From: the human T2T-CHM13v2.0 reference genome, Homo sapiens
Reading direction: 5' to 3' (one strand)
Assembly: GCF_009914755.1 (NCBI RefSeq)
Contig: NC_060929.1
DNA length: 64,000 bases
The position numbers and the translations under genes are program-made. Numbering within the stretch: the stretch's first letter is position 1; each line of letters opens with the position of its first letter. A model generated the notes under the pieces. It worked only from the letters and a program-made list of their open reading frames with translations. It did not search any database and was not told the DNA's origin. Shown here one piece after another: positions 12,128-30,869 of the stretch.

Positions 12128-14779
12128 CTATTTCTTTGAAAATTGACAAGTGTGGCAACATATATCACCTGAAATTTTTTTTTTTTAATCTGTGTTTTAA
12201 CAGGAGGATCTTTCCAAGAGCAATGTGGGATGAAGTGGTTGTTGTGGTTGCTGAGGGACTTAAACTGGCTTTTTTGGTGAAAAGGGATGTAGCAAGTCAG
12301 GGAGGCAGAGGGAGTAAGTTGCAGTGGAAAGACTGGTATTCAAGACATGACTATAGTGAGTCAGGAGAATAGGGTGCAACCATCTTAAAAGGGCTCTGAG
12401 TAAATAGGGAGTTTGGATTTAATTCAGTTAGCCAAGAGGGAAGATGAGGAGAGTAGCAGAATCAAAACTGTGCTTTAGGATGAGTAATGTGGATCCATAA
12501 ATTAAACAGGAAGAACAAGGGATACCACAAAGTTTGCAGTTAATCAGAAGTGAGGTGAAAAAGGACTGAGCTGGATTATGGTAGAGAAATTGCAAAGAAA
12601 GTGACATTTAGAAAGAATATGATTGATCAGTGCTCTCTGGCTCCTAGCACAGTGCCTGGAATGCTCAATATTGGTTGAATGAATGACTCAATGAAATTGG
12701 GCCATATGAAGTAGAGAAACATTTGGAGCATGAGGAAATATAGAAAGCACTAAAACTCCTTTATTCTAGAGTTTGGTGTATTGAAAAAGGAATGAGGCAG
12801 TGGTTAACTCAACCACAGTCTCACTTGTAGGCTGTTTCTTTCATGATACATTTACCAGGATCCAGGGACTCTCTCTGAGCTCTGCAGGAGAAGAAAATGA
12901 ATTTATCAGCTCCTCTGTGTACAGGGTAATGGATTCATGAAAACTAACTTAAAGAGATGGGTTTGTAGGCTGGAATGCCACATAATTATTAAATGTGTCA
13001 AAAGCTAGGAAGTTTTTCTGGCAAGGGTGGTACCTTCGCTAATGATAGCAATTCATACACCCAAAGATTGCTTGATAAAAATGGAAATTTAGAGTCAATA
13101 GAGTTTGTTATTTTTCAAGAGCTGTTCCATGAAGCAGTGCTAGCTGGTGTCCTCTTTTTTTAGGGTGAGTTTTCCAAACTTTTCCAGGGCCCACCTCCAA
13201 AGATTCTGGTATGGTAGGTTTGAGGGCTTGAAGAAAGCCTAGGACTCTATGTTTAGCAGGTCCTCCAGTTAATTTTCATGATGAGGAAAGTCTGGTAAAC
13301 TTTACCTGGAATTGTTTTTAATCTTTAAGTAGTGGCAAATCCTGGACTGGAGTGCAGCCCAGTGGTTTTGAGTAGGCCTAGTGGGCTCTTGCAGTTGTTT
13401 CTTAGAGTGAAAGGTGTGACCCCTTCTGCTCAGCAGTTTTGATACTTGGGAGATACGCTTTCTCTAGGCTCAGCATATGTTTTAGTGACTCAGCAATTGA
13501 AACAAGTCCATTTGGATATTTTCCTGCTTTTTTAATGTAGAGAGATGTAATAAGCTGGGCTATTAAAATAAATATAGTTCCTGTATGAACTTTATTTCAA
13601 GGTAACTAAATAATAGATAAGAGAAATTGATCCCTGGTGGAATTCCAATTAATGAAACAGAAAGAAAGATAAAATTTGTATACCACCATTTTGCAATTCA
13701 TAATGGAAAAATTGATCTAGATTGTGATCATCAGTGACTGCTAAAATCATTAGGTGAAAACTGATGGACACTTTATACTTAATGAAATAGACCAACACCT
13801 GAACCCATGACCAGCCTGATCAATACCAAGAGGGAGACTTTATGTTCATCTTGATGTAATAGAGAAGGAAAGAGAGAGCATCCCTTTTCAGTATTCTTGG
13901 AAAAAAAAAAAAAATCAAACCCAAATCTAAACCTCTAGTTTACCTGTTTATTGGAAATACACCCAGAGAATACAGGAATATGTTAAATCACATCTCAGGT
14001 ATAAATCAGTCAAATCCAGAATATGGGAAATTATATAGCTTTGCTACTTTCAAAGTATGGTTTACAAACCAGTTGATGTCTCCTGAGACCTTGATAAAAA
14101 TTCAGATTCTCAGTTTCTGTCTGCAGCCAACTGATTCAAAATCTGCCTTTTAACAAGATTCCTAGGTAATTCTCTTGTACCTAAAGTTTAAGAAGCATTG
14201 TATAGGGCACTGACCTAGTTTCTTAGACAAATAGAAAGAAAAAAAAATGGGAAAACCATTACAGTTTAAAAGAAAGTTAAATGTCATGTATTTTTTATAT
14301 CTTGATTTGAACAAATTAACTGTAAAAACATTTATGTGATAACTAAGAAATGTGAATGTTAGTTCTATATAAGATGATGGTATAGAGTTATTGTTAAAAT
14401 TGTAGATGCAATGTTATTGTGATTTTTTTAAAAGCCCTTAACTCTGAGAGAGGATACATACTGAAGAGTTTAAAATAATCTGAAGCATGGGAGTAGAAAA
14501 GTATAGTTAAAGTACAATAGTCATATACGGATAATTTTGAAGCTGAGTAGTGGGTATATGGAGATTTAATATACTGACTTTTGTGCATGTAAGTATAGTA
14601 AATGTAAGTATTAGTAAACCAAAAAAGGCATAGACTTGTAGTTTAAAATGACAACATTAAAGATGACAAATCAACTTTTAGTGTTCAAGCAGTTATGAAG
14701 GAAAACTCAAATATGGAGGCCTGCAGGGATAAATTTACGAAATGAATAATGTAAAACTATGAAACCCAAAGGGAGGGAT

Positions 14780-15904
<1,125 letters not shown>

Positions 15905-16095
15905 AAATCATATCTGAAAATGTTCTCAGTATCATAGCCATTATGTCAAATCAAATGCCGTGCATTCTACTTGAGTAATTCACAGAAAACAGGAAACGAT
16001 GTTTCATTACATAAAGATGTTGAATATATGATTTGCTTCTGGGGCCTTAAATGTAGAAGGACATTAAAATTGGCCATCATTGGCAGGGTGCCATT

Positions 16096-16345
16096 GGCCG
16101 GGCACGGTGGCTCATGCCTATAATCCTAGCACTTTGGAAGGCCGAGGCAGGCAGATCACTTGAGGTCAGGAGTTTGAGACCAACCTGGCCAACATGGTGA
16201 AACCCCGTCTCTACTAAAAAAATAAGCCGGGCATGGTGGTGCGCGCCTATAATCCCAGCTACTTAGGAGGCTGAGACAGGAGAATTGCTTAAGTGAGGGA
16301 GGAAGGTTGCAGTGAAAAAAATAAATAAATAAAATATTTAAAAAA
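16096..16345 (+). mobile_element. AluS with 3' deletion
   Basis: Ends at gcagtga followed by an A-rich tail. Confidence 0.85.
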
Positions 16346-16609
16346 TTAAATTGGCTGTCTAAAAGTGCAATGCCTTGTTACTGCTATTCCTTGCAAATGA
16401 ATTAAAACTTGGACTGCCACATCCTGAGTGTTACATAGATTTACAGCAATTATAGTTATCTTACCTTTAAGGCAAATATTTTTAAGTTGCTAAGGCTAAT
16501 TTTATAATTTTAAACCTCAAAGATGAGATCTATGAAGTCCTTGATTCTACATGTGTATTTTAACTCAACTACTCCTTAGTAGCTAAGACTTCCACCAAAA
16601 CAGTTCTAC

Positions 16610-16950
16610 CAATACTCTTAACATTTGCTGTGTATTAGAATCACCTGGGAAGCTTCTAAAACTGACTCTTGCCCAATCCTCACCCCAAGAGATCTGGATT
16701 GATTGGTTCAGTTCAGTGATTCACAGAACTTAGCATACATAGAATTATCTGGAAGGCTTCTTAAAACACCAGTGCTGGGCCCACTCACAGTTTCTTTTTT
16801 CTTTAGGTCTGTGGTGGAACTCACAGTTTGCATTTCTACCAAGTTCTGAGTGATGCTGCTGCAGACAGCACTCTTTGAGAACCATTGCTCTAGTTTCTTA
16901 AGCCACCCAAGTCATTCTAATGGCAGCCAGGGTTGAGAACTGAGAGCCGC
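16610..16950. mobile_element. Nested MER5-family MITE relics
   Basis: Two copies of tagaatcacctgg/tagaattatctgg...gaagcttc; tttgagaaccattgct; ggttgagaac. Confidence 0.6.
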
Positions 16951-18142
16951 TTGCTTTGTAGTGTTGGCCCTGTGTGATAAAGTGAGCTGGGAGTTTTCAG
17001 CCTTTTGGTCCAAAATAGTGCCTATATTCAAATTGTAGACAGTAAAATTGATATAAAGACGTAGCACCTTGTTGGTTTTACGTAGTGTTCCTTCACCATT
17101 AATGTGGTAGACTAAGAAGGGTAACATTAATGACCAGGCAAGAAACCCTGGTGAAGAGTAGAGCAGCTGTGTGAAGTACTGTGGCTTGCATAATTTTGCA
17201 AGGAGGGCAAGTGAGTAGATTCAGAAATGAGACTGAGCTGATGGGGCCAAAACCAATGCCACTCCTCTGACTTCCTCCGAGTGGTCCAGGGGACATACCA
17301 TTTCTCTCTTGGGTTCAAGGGGTTAAATGAGGCTCAGTATTATCAGCAGGGAAAGAAATGTAAAGAATGTGCATTATAATCATCACTACAGTTGAATGCA
17401 GACTTCTATTGAAAGAACTCTAGCGTAGGGATCCCTGTTTATACATTGGCAGCTCAGTTCTCATAGTATAATCAGAGGATTCAAACGTTCAATACAACTT
17501 GCATATGTGATATCACTCCTGTCTCCAAAATTGAAGAGTACAGGTTTATCATAACTTTAATGATTTTAACTGTTTTTCTCTGAATTTTTTTTTTCTTGGA
17601 CAGGCATCTTTCGAGTCTCATTGATCCCATTCCCATTTCTAGAAGGAAGACATTGGACTAGATCTCAGGGATTCTTCCAAACACTCACATGCTAAGATAA
17701 ATAATTTAAAGTCTTAAAGTATATATGATTAATGATAGTTTTTATGTTGACATGAAAGATTTCTTCTCCTCATCAGCCTGGTCTTGTCTTGTGTCCACTT
17801 TTTATGTACATTACATCTGAGATCCTACTGCCAAACCACAGAAGGGTGGGTGAATTGCGTGGACTGGATGTGGGGCAGTAGTGGGTGAGGGGGTTGAAGC
17901 CATCATTATCTTACCTGCCAGAGGTGTGTGAGTGTGAGCAGTTCAACAGTCAGTTGTCACATGTTTATTTGTATACATGTTTTGCTTTCCAAAAGTATTT
18001 TAAGTCAACTGTGCTACTTAAGGGGTGCAGTTTTATATTTTGCTTTAAAGTGTTGATTTCTTTTTTATATGTGATCCAGTAAATCGTAATCATTAATAGT
18101 GCCTTTCAGAATTTGCCCACTCATCTGGTATAACTGGTTCTG

Positions 18143-18259
18143 ATGGCTGGGAATAAAGGAAGAGGACGTGCTGCTTATACCTTTAATATTGAGGCTGTTG
18201 GATTTAGCAAAGGTGAAAAGTTACCTGATGTAGTGTTGAAACCACCCCCACTATTTCCT
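18143..18259 (+). CDS. POLR3G: POLR3G coding exon (exon 2): MAGNKGRGRAAYTFNIEAVGFSKGEKLPDVVLKPPPLFP
   Basis: ATG at 18143; donor CCT|GTAAGT; 117 nt; recognisable RPC7/RPC32-alpha N-terminus. The exon starts at 18100 or 18110. Confidence 0.96.
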
Positions 18260-19019
18260 GTAAGTATATGAACAGTTGAATTCTCATAGTGTGTTTTTTC
18301 ATTTTTCAGAGAATATTAAAATTCTATATGGGACTGGATGTATGATTATAGTATCCTCAAGTATAAGAAAGTAAAGGAGAGTGTGTTTCACTTACCTTTA
18401 AATATTTTCATGATCTGCTTTCTTAAAATATAGAAAACAAAACTGTATACATCTTTCCATGAATATATTTAGTACTATGTGAACCAGTAAAGAATTAGTT
18501 TTCAATTCTTACAACTTGTATTGGTGTTATTGATAAATTCCAATATGAAAATAATAGTTTTAAAAGTCATTAGGTTTTATAATGGTTCTCAGTTCGCACC
18601 CTATCACACCTTCACTTAATGATTTTCTTATCTTGTATCTATAGAATTTAAGTTTGCTCCTTAGTATACCACTTGACTTTTTCCCCCACTGAACTTTTTT
18701 TGCTTATTTTAGTGTTGTTTTAAAATTTAGTGAGTATGCTGCAAGCTTAATTTCCATAATATATAATGTTTTCGCTTTATGTTTAGTTTAGAATGTATCC
18801 AGGGATCTAGATGTATCACACAAGGAGTCTCTGCGTTTTGCTCTTGGTATTTTACCTTTTTGATATTCAGCGCAGCATAAAAACAAAGACAAATATCTCA
18901 GGTATTGGCATAATGTCACTTTACAGTGCTTTTAAAAACAAGCTCTTTTCCATGTGTGAGGAGATTACCTCTAAACACTGGGGATGTTAGTACATAGTAT
19001 TTCTTTATACTTGGAATAA

Positions 19020-19500
19020 AATTAAAATTCCTTACTACTGGGTAAAAGGCTCTGCCCGATCTCTCCGTTCTGATGTCTCTCTGACCCTTTTTCTACCACT
19101 GTCCTCATTCCCCAGCTACGCAGGTCTCCTTGGGTCCTCAGGCCTTTGGCCCTGCTGGTTCTCTGCTGGAACCATCTCTTCTCTTTGCATGGATGGCTCC
19201 CTGATTTTATCCCAATCTCTACTCAAATGTGACCTCCCCAAGAGGCCAGGCATGCTCACCCTGCATAGATTCCACCTCCATCCTCCATGCACTGTCAGTC
19301 ATTTTTCCTTTACCCACCTTCATTTATTTTTATGTCATTTGTCACTATGTGAAATTGTATGTCACCTCATTTGTTTACTAATTTGTTGTATGTTGCTCTC
19401 CTAGAATGTAAGTTCCCTGTGGGCAGGGACTTTGACTTATTTATCATGGTATCCTCCATAGTCTAAACATGTTGAGTACTCAATAAGTAGTTGCAGCATG
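19020..19500 (+). mobile_element. L2 3' region
   Basis: ctagaatgtaagttccctgtgggcagggact...actcaataagtagttg. Confidence 0.65.
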
Positions 19501-19822
19501 AATGTATACATTCCTAATCAAATTTTGAAAATGTACCTTATCTTTATCCTCTGAAATCAGAAATGTCTTTACTAGGTACCCTGGAGATCCACTTGTTAAT
19601 GAACATATTTGTGTAAATATATACACACATACAAACGCGTATTTGTGTATATGTATGTGTGTGTATAATTTTTAAAACTTGAAATGCAGCTTCAAACTCC
19701 ATCTTGCCATTTATTCACTTCTCAATTTCTTCACTGTAAAAGGATAAATATTGGTAGCCCTTTCAATGAGATACTGGATGTTGGATATTGAGTATATTGT
19801 AGTCATAGCAACCACTTACTAA

Positions 19823-20267
<445 letters not shown>

Positions 20268-20576
20268 TGGTACTTTAATTTTTAAAGTAGATAATCACAT
20301 AGGTCAACAGACTGTATGGCAAAATGATTATTGGTGTAGTTTTCAGGGCCAATAGGAAAATTACGCATCTTTCTTACCTCTAATAGAAGAGCAAAGTAGG
20401 AAATGGGTTAACAGGTTAAATAGACTACAGAAGTTCATCTTTTAAGTTGGTTGTAAAACTTAGTGCCTGTAAAACATAGTATTTCAATAAAACTGCTGTT
20501 TTCTATAATACAGATAAAAGGGATATTAAAATACATAATTGATTTGAAAAAAATCTTTGTCTCTTAATTTAAACAG

Positions 20577-20706
20577 GATACAGATTATAAACCAGTGCCA
20601 CTGAAAACAGGAGAAGGTGAAGAATATATGCTGGCTTTGAAACAGGAGTTGAGAGAAACAATGAAAAGAATGCCTTATTTTATTGAAACACCTGAAGAAA
20701 GACAAG
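20577..20706 (+). CDS. POLR3G: POLR3G exon 3: DTDYKPVPLKTGEGEEYMLALKQELRETMKRMPYFIETPEERQ
   Basis: aaacag|GAT ... CAAG|gtactg; 130 nt; frame continuous. Confidence 0.96.
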
Positions 20707-21765
20707 GTACTGTATTGGAGTCTTTGATTATGTGGCTTAATGTATACAGATGAAACAGTGTTTAAGCACAAGATATATAATCATTTAATGTTGATTGATT
20801 CGATTCAATAAAAAATTATCAACTACTTTGAAAAAGCTATTTATGTTGCTTTAACAGAAAAAATACTTTAAACTTTTTGATATTTTATTTTTAGAAATAT
20901 CTTTCATAATAATTTTATATGTTCAGTGAAAATTATGAAAAACAGGAAAATTTTAAAAAGTAAAAATTACCCATTCTTATGTCTAGAGAACCACTATTAA
21001 TATTTTAGTATATATTCCAGATTTTTTCTTATGCATGTATATTCTCTTTACAAAATTAGATTCACATTACTTTGTATCTTCCTTTTTTCACTCAGTAGCA
21101 TATTAGCATTTTCACATATCCTTATTATTCTTGGAAAACATGACTTTTAATGACTGGTAGTCTACTCTGTGGATATATTATTATTAACTGTAACTAATTT
21201 CCTGCTTTTTAAATATTATTTTCAGTTTTTTGCTTGTATATATAATGCCGTGATTGTTATCATTATACATAAACCTTTATGCATGTCTCTGATTATTTAA
21301 TATTTAGGTTAAAAAAATTTTTGAGACTTAATTTTGTTTGGTTTATCATTTAGGTGTTTGATATGATGTAAAATATGTATTCATTGGTGCTGCTTAGGGA
21401 AGAAAGGAAACATTATAGTTGGAGAGGGCTCAACAGTCTCAGGCTAGAAGTGGGAAGTGGTTTTATAGGAAAGGAAACCATTCCTGAGTAGCTGTTTAGC
21501 ACAGCAGTACTATATTGATTTTTCACTTTCTGCCCTTGATTGTTGAGATTAGAGAGACTGATATCATCTTTGAGTTCTCAAAACAACATCATTAAAACAT
21601 GAGAAATTCGTAGTGTCATCTCATTCCATTCGTATTAAAAATGCATTCCATTTTTCCTCTCTCTCTAGAATAGTTTGAATTGGCTGAGTCAAAAAAGGAA
21701 GCCTTATGTAATGATCTTAGCATGTGCTTATAATTATAGGAAGCATTTTAGACAAATTCATTTAA

Positions 21766-22144
<379 letters not shown>

Positions 22145-22402
22145 AATACTGAAATTTTTAACTTTCATGATTATGTTGCATGCTTTCGTCTGTTTGAGTT
22201 CTAAAATAAAACTTTTCATTTTAAAGATTTTAAAAAGTAAGACCAAATGAACTAATCAGTATTCATTCTTATTAGAAAAAATAGTAATGCAGGGTATACT
22301 TTAGTGCTTTTAAAATTGATCTTTTCTCTATGACACAGATGCACTTAGGTGAATGTGGTTGTTATTAAAGCACATGTCTAATTTAAAAGTATGTCAAATC
22401 AG

Positions 22403-22693
<291 letters not shown>

Positions 22694-22962
22694 AGTATAT
22701 CATATAATTAAAGCATTTATGTGAGTGTTTTAGACAGGGATATTAAAAACATAATTTTGTTGTTGGTCTATGGGAGTGGTTGGCTAGTACTTGGATTAAG
22801 GGGCACTTTATCTTTGATAACTATGCAATAAAGTATTTCAAAATATAAGGGTTTTTTTTTTTTTTTTTGCTTTTATTTCTTTCAAGGGAAAACTCTTGTA
22901 TAGAAATTTCCAAATTGATACAAGTACATTCTCCCTGAGATCTTCATGTTTACTTCTGTCTT

Positions 22963-23285
22963 TTTTTATTTTATTGTTTTATATTTTATTTTGGAGATGA
23001 GGTCTCGCTCTGTCACCCAGGCTGGAGTGCAGTGGGACAATCATAGCTCACTGCAGCTTCCAAACTCCTGGGCTCAAGTGATCCTCCCACCTCAGCCTCT
23101 TGAGTAGCTGGGACTACAGGCGCACACACCATGCCCGGCTAACTTTTAATTTTTTTTTTTTTTTTTGTAGAGACGGGAGTCTTGCTTTTTTGCTCACACT
23201 GGTCTCACATTCCTGGCTTCAAGTGATCCTCCCATCTCGGCCTTCCAAAGTGCTGAAATTACAGGCATGAGCCACCGCACCCAGC
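22963..23285 (-). mobile_element. AluJ
   Basis: AluJ diagnostics (atcatagctcactgcagc, gctcaagtgatcctccc). Confidence 0.88.
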
Positions 23286-25178
23286 TTACCTCTGTTTCCT
23301 GATATAGTGTTTAAAAAACACACGCATGTTAAAAATAAAGGTTTTTCTATAAAATATATACATTTATATGTGCCTATATAGGTTTATATAATATGTGTAT
23401 ATATGTGCATACATAAATTTATATAATATCCATGCTATGAGTGAAAAAGAATTGGCCAGACTGAAGAGAACGACCCTACTGTCAGAGAGAATCATATTCC
23501 GGATAGAGATGTTGCATGACTGTACCTTCGCCAGGTGCATCACTTACCACCTGTGTGCTTTAGGAAACAGAGACTTAAGGGCTACTGTAAAGAACTAAAT
23601 CACTAGACACTAGGACAGACAAATAGGGTGAGAGATCTCAAGACTTCCTGATAGTCAAGTGGCTGGTGGCTCAGGGCATTGAGATCAGTCCTCAAGAACT
23701 GATGGCATGGAATGAACATATTTCATGTTGCGATGTCTTCAAAGTTTGTTTTTAATGTTTTCAGGTAGGATTATAGAAATGATTAGTATTTTCTTTGCAT
23801 CGAAATTTGTTATTTATATAATAAAGGAAAAACACCAATGAATATTATTTTAGTGAATTTTAGCTATAAGAGATCGTCTAGTCTAGTGGTTCCCAGCTCA
23901 GGTTCCTGAACCACAGGGTCCTCTGAAGTAGAAACATGATTCTGACAGTGGTGATAGTGTCATAAGTCATTTTCAGAACCTCAAAGCTTAATGGAAATTA
24001 TACATTTACTTAAATACATCCACAGGTCTGTTACTGAATAAATGGAATTTGGCTTACTAATTCTTGATATACCATCAGTGTCCATGAGACCCAATATAAA
24101 TTTTTGACGTTTTTTTTTTTTGGAGCAGTTCTTATTGTTTGTATGATTAATATTGATAACTTTTATTCTTGCATAGAGGTTTTCTAAAGAAGAAACAGAC
24201 ATTTTCTTAAAAAGGAAAACTCATTTTATCATAGAATACCATATCAGCCCATTGGACCCTTTTATATATCTAAAATAATTATGGAATCTGAGTGATCTTA
24301 TTTTTTCTCTATATTGAAATACCTTGCTACTTTATCATCATACATATTATCTCATCACTATTCATCAGACATTCCCCACTATGCTGAAAAAAAGAATAAA
24401 TTTAAAAAATGGGAGAATGATGAAATTGACTGTGCAATTCAAATAAATTATCACTATTATGTCATCATATAGTTTTCCTATGGTGTTGTCCAAAGCATTA
24501 CATCTGTTTTTTAAGAAGTTATAAAGTCTTCAGAGACTCTTATGTTTGTAGTTGCTCTGTTTTAATTTTCATTTAATACAATTGAAAATTTCAAAAATTT
24601 TTAATTTTTTGCTCATAATGTCTAAAATTGACAGAAAAACATGTTCCACAATTCTTAGACGAATCAGAAGTCAAATGCAAAGAGATAGATAGCTCTCTGG
24701 ATGCTCATGATGATGATGAAATTGATTGTATAAGCAAAATCTCAGACTGTGAGTCTTCAGATGACAGTGTCTTCAATGAATTTTCTCAAATTCAAGAATC
24801 AATGAGTAAACACTGTATCTCCAAGAATTAAAAAGGAATTATGGTGGCCTTCTACAGTCAATCTTTGAAAAAGAACTCATCATGTAATACTTTGTAACAA
24901 AAACCTGGAACATCCTGTTTGCTAAAATGAGACGATCATTTTTGTTCTATGATATTTGTGCACCAAAATTAATTTGATGTGTTTTGTAACTGACAAATGC
25001 TGAACATAAAGGCAAAGACAACAATGATTGAAAGGAAATTGATTATATAGACATGAAATTGTTTTCTGGATTGATTGTGTTAACTGGTGATTATAAATTT
25101 AATAATGAAAATATTTTGCAAGTATAGAGCAAAGAAGATGGCTGGGCCATCCTCTCTTCAATAGAAGTATGAGACATC

Positions 25179-25454
25179 AGCCGGGCGCAGTGGCTCACCC
25201 CTGTAATCCCAGCACTTTGGGAGTCTGAGGCAGGTGGATCACGAGGTCAGGAGATCAAGACCATCCTGGCTAACATGGTGAAACCCCGTCTCTACTAAAA
25301 ATACAAAAAATTAGCCAGGCGTGGTAGAGGGCACCTGTACTCCCAGCTACTCGGGAGACTGAGGCAGGAGAGTGGAGTCAACCTGGGAGTGAGCCGAGAT
25401 TGTGCCACTGCACTCCAGCCTGGGCAAGACTCCGCCTCAAAAAAAAAAAAAAAA
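25179..25454 (+). mobile_element. AluY-like with TSD aagtatgagacatca
   Basis: TSD on both sides; small internal deletions. Confidence 0.9.
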
Positions 25455-25774
25455 GTATGAGACATCAAAGTTTTTTAAAGTATTGCATTTTGGATATGTA
25501 AGTACAAGAAGAAGAATTGGAAGTAGTGATAAGCTAGATTCTACTAGAAATGCATTTATAATCTGAAATTATTTAGATGATACACATATGAGAAAAAGAA
25601 CCAGAGGAAATTATAAGTTAGAACCTATTAAAGATGTCTTTGGAATCTGGGATCAGGACGTACAGAAGGCATATATTCTAGGTTTGTATGTGGCAGCCGA
25701 TGCACAGAAAACTGCATTCAAATGACTTTGCCCATTTTGGTTAAATTTACCTTCAAAATCAGTAAAACATGTAA

Positions 25775-27310
<1,536 letters not shown>

Positions 27311-28255
27311 TCCAATAATTGGTTTTCAATATCTGTTCTTTTATCTGTTATCTTTTTTATTTATTCTCTGTATTTCATTATTTGAAATTAACTTAAAAAT
27401 ATTTTAAAATATAAAAAGTGGTCTACTGTACCCAGAGAAAAAGGGTAAAAACTGTTTTTTTCCGGTATACTGAGGGTTAAAATTATTTAAAATATGGAAA
27501 CTGTTTTGGAGAAAATTCTTAAAAAGAAGTCATTGTGTTACAAATTCTAGGAATCTCTCATTTGTGCTGACTTCGTTTTATAGATTAAAAACTTGGCAAG
27601 ATTAGTTAAAACATTTTACCTGAAGTCAAACAGTTAAAATACCTAGAAAAACCTGATCTCTTGGTCTCTGATCTACTACTTATTTTGGTTATCTTTCTCT
27701 AATACGTGGTTGTATTATTTGGAAGCATATACTTGACATAGAAGAAAAATCAGTATATATTTGGTCCTTGATTTTTATCCATTCATCTTTAGTATTACCT
27801 TCCCTTTTTCATGCCTAACTCCTGAACTACTTTTTATGATGAACATGGCTTCAAGCTTTTGTGTGATAGTGTTGCTTTCCAACTTGTGCTGCTGGAAAAG
27901 AGTTTGTGCCCTCCTTAAGGGTGTTTCTTGTGATAAGGTGGACTAGTCTGAATCAAGAGCCGCAGTTATGGCTTTACTGGTTTTGGCAAGCTCAGAGGGT
28001 TCCTGCAGAGTTTTCAGCAGTTGGCATGTAGGGCTTGCAGCTTGCTCATTTATGCCTCAGATCAGTAACCCCTCACCAAGTCCATCCTTGCCTACCCCTA
28101 CCCTTTTTCCCATTCTCTTATGTACAAAGGTGGGAAACTCCCTGTATGTAAAATTAAAAATGTTGTCTGTTGTTTTCAATAATCTTAAAGGAATGGCTTA
28201 AGTTCAGGGTTACTGTTGATTTTCCTAATGAGTTCTTTATTCTTTTTTCCCCTAG

Positions 28256-28312
28256 ATATTGAAAGGTATAGTAAAAGATACATGAAGGTATACAAGGAAG
28301 AATGGATACCAG
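28256..28312 (+). CDS. POLR3G: POLR3G exon 4: (D)IERYSKRYMKVYKEEWIP
   Basis: cctag|AT ... CCAG|gtaact; 57 nt; phase 1-1. Confidence 0.96.
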
Positions 28313-28463
28313 GTAACTACAAAACACACAATATGAAAACAGTTTTTAAAGGCTGTCTCTCTCACCTCATGTTTTTTTTTTAGAATAAGTTTTCTATTTT
28401 TACCATAGGAAAACTGAGTCTGGTTCTTTTATTGTGATTAATTAGTAATCTGTTAGAAACTAA

Positions 28464-28845
<382 letters not shown>

Positions 28846-30234
28846 CCTTAATATACATTTTTTACAAAAATAGGACAGGCCAAACAAACCCTTTGAATTT
28901 TCCAATTTAATTAGCCACAATCACAATTTTAATTTGTAATACCAGAAAGCACAAATACTATGCTCCTGAGCAATTTTAGAGCATTTGAAGAGAAAGCAAA
29001 AATCTCGTTTTAAAGATATTTTAAGCCAAGCTCATGGATCTTCCTTTCTTTTAAGCAGACATAGACTAGTTTTAGTTGTTAGGCTTCTTCAAAAGAACCA
29101 TATCCAAAAAGAAGCTTTACCTTGGGTATGGACAAGTTAGAAGGGTCTGTAAAGGAGATCTCATCCCACTCATTCATTTTGCAAATAAAAACAGTTGTCA
29201 TAGAAATAAAGTGACCTGTCAGGCCATGTGGCCAATACTGTTAGAACCCAGGTCTTCTCATTTTAATTCACATTCTTTTTATGTCTCTGTCCTTGGTCTT
29301 TTATGGAAACTCCCCTTATGTAAAAACATAGATGGCATTAACAGCCTTATCATTTTCACAGATTATAGTACTATCTTTTCAGTGTTGGTAAGGTTGGGGC
29401 ACCCTGGAAACAACTTAGGTCTCTCATTTCTTCCGTTTCATTAGTATTCATCTCTCAAATGATTCTCTACATATTCCGTCATGATCTAAAATGAATAGCT
29501 TATAAAAACTAAAATATATTCAAAGCAAAATTTATTTTTCAGGTAAAATGACTTGAGATTTAAATGCTTTGTAAAAATGCTCCAAATTTTCTTTAAAAGC
29601 AGGCAATATTTTTAAATCAACTTTTATGTTGCTTCCATTTCCTGTTTAACTCTATGCTTAAAAATTAAAAGAAAGTGACACATTAGAGGAATTATTTAGC
29701 TAATACAAGCAAAATTATTTATTGGAGGAGATTTGTTTTTGACAGCTATTTATATTTTTAATTTTAAAGTTTTCAGATATTACAATTGTTTATTTCATTT
29801 TGCATGTTTTGGGATTATGGTAACATCCTTTTGAAAAAAAAAATTTGTTGCATAAGAAATATATCAACTACAGAATATATCAACTACAGAAAACTTATGA
29901 AATATAAAGTGGTCAAATAAATATAAATAATACTTAAGAAAAACTGTCATAATTCCAACACCCACAAATAATTACCATAAGGTTTCCTTCACCAAAAATT
30001 TTATAGCACTATTTCAGAGCTATTGTAATAAATTTTCTTTATAGGAGAAAATATATCATTGTCTGTAATATTTGGATTTGGTTTTTATATGTTTCAAGCT
30101 AAATTTGTAAAGTCAGATACTAAGGCACTTTATTGTCATTTTCTGGACAACTGTTGTGTCCTTCAAATAGTTATGTTCAATGCCACAAATTCCTAGAGGA
30201 AACTGCAATTTTTTATTTTTTATTTTATGTACAG

Positions 30235-30285
30235 ATTGGAGAAGACTTCCAAGAGAGATGATGCCAAGAAATAAATGTAAAAAAG
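30235..30285 (+). CDS. POLR3G: POLR3G exon 5: (D)WRRLPREMMPRNKCKK
   Basis: tacag|AT ... AAAG|gtacat; 51 nt; phase 1-1. Confidence 0.96.
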
Positions 30286-30401
30286 GTACATTGACTAATA
30301 TAATAGTAATTCAGGTAGGAAAAGGTTATTTCTTACATTCTGTTAATATGGATTTGTCAACCCAAAGTTATACTCACTGTTCTTAATGCTTTTCTTATTT
30401 T

Positions 30402-30685
30402 GAGCCAGACAAGGGATCTCATGCCTGTAATCTCAGCATTTCGGGAGGCTGAGGTGGGAGGATCACTTGAGCCCAGGAGTTTGAGACCAGCCTGGGCAAC
30501 ATAGTGAGAACTTGTCTCTACAAAAAGTTAAAACAAGTATTAGCCAAGTGTGGTGGCATGCACCTGTAGTCCCAGCTACTTGGGGGTCTAAGGTGGGAGG
30601 ATCACTTGAGCCAAAGAGGCAGAGGCTGCAATTAGCCTAAACTGCACCACTGCACTTAAGCCTGGAAGACAGAGCAAGACCCTGA
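30402..30685 (+). mobile_element. AluJ
   Basis: ggaggatcacttgagcccaggagtttgagaccagcctgggcaacatag. Confidence 0.88.
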
Positions 30686-30869
30686 CACTCTGTCTAGGAC
30701 ACTGACTCTCTCCCTCTCTCTGTCCCCCCATGTATGTGTGTGTGTGTGTATATATATGCATTATAACTATTTTGCTAAAGCTTGTTTTTTGTTGTTTGTC
30801 TTTTGGGTGTTTTTTTTCTTAGTTGTTGCCTTTTCTTTGTGTATGTCTTATTTTTTAATTTTTAAATGT

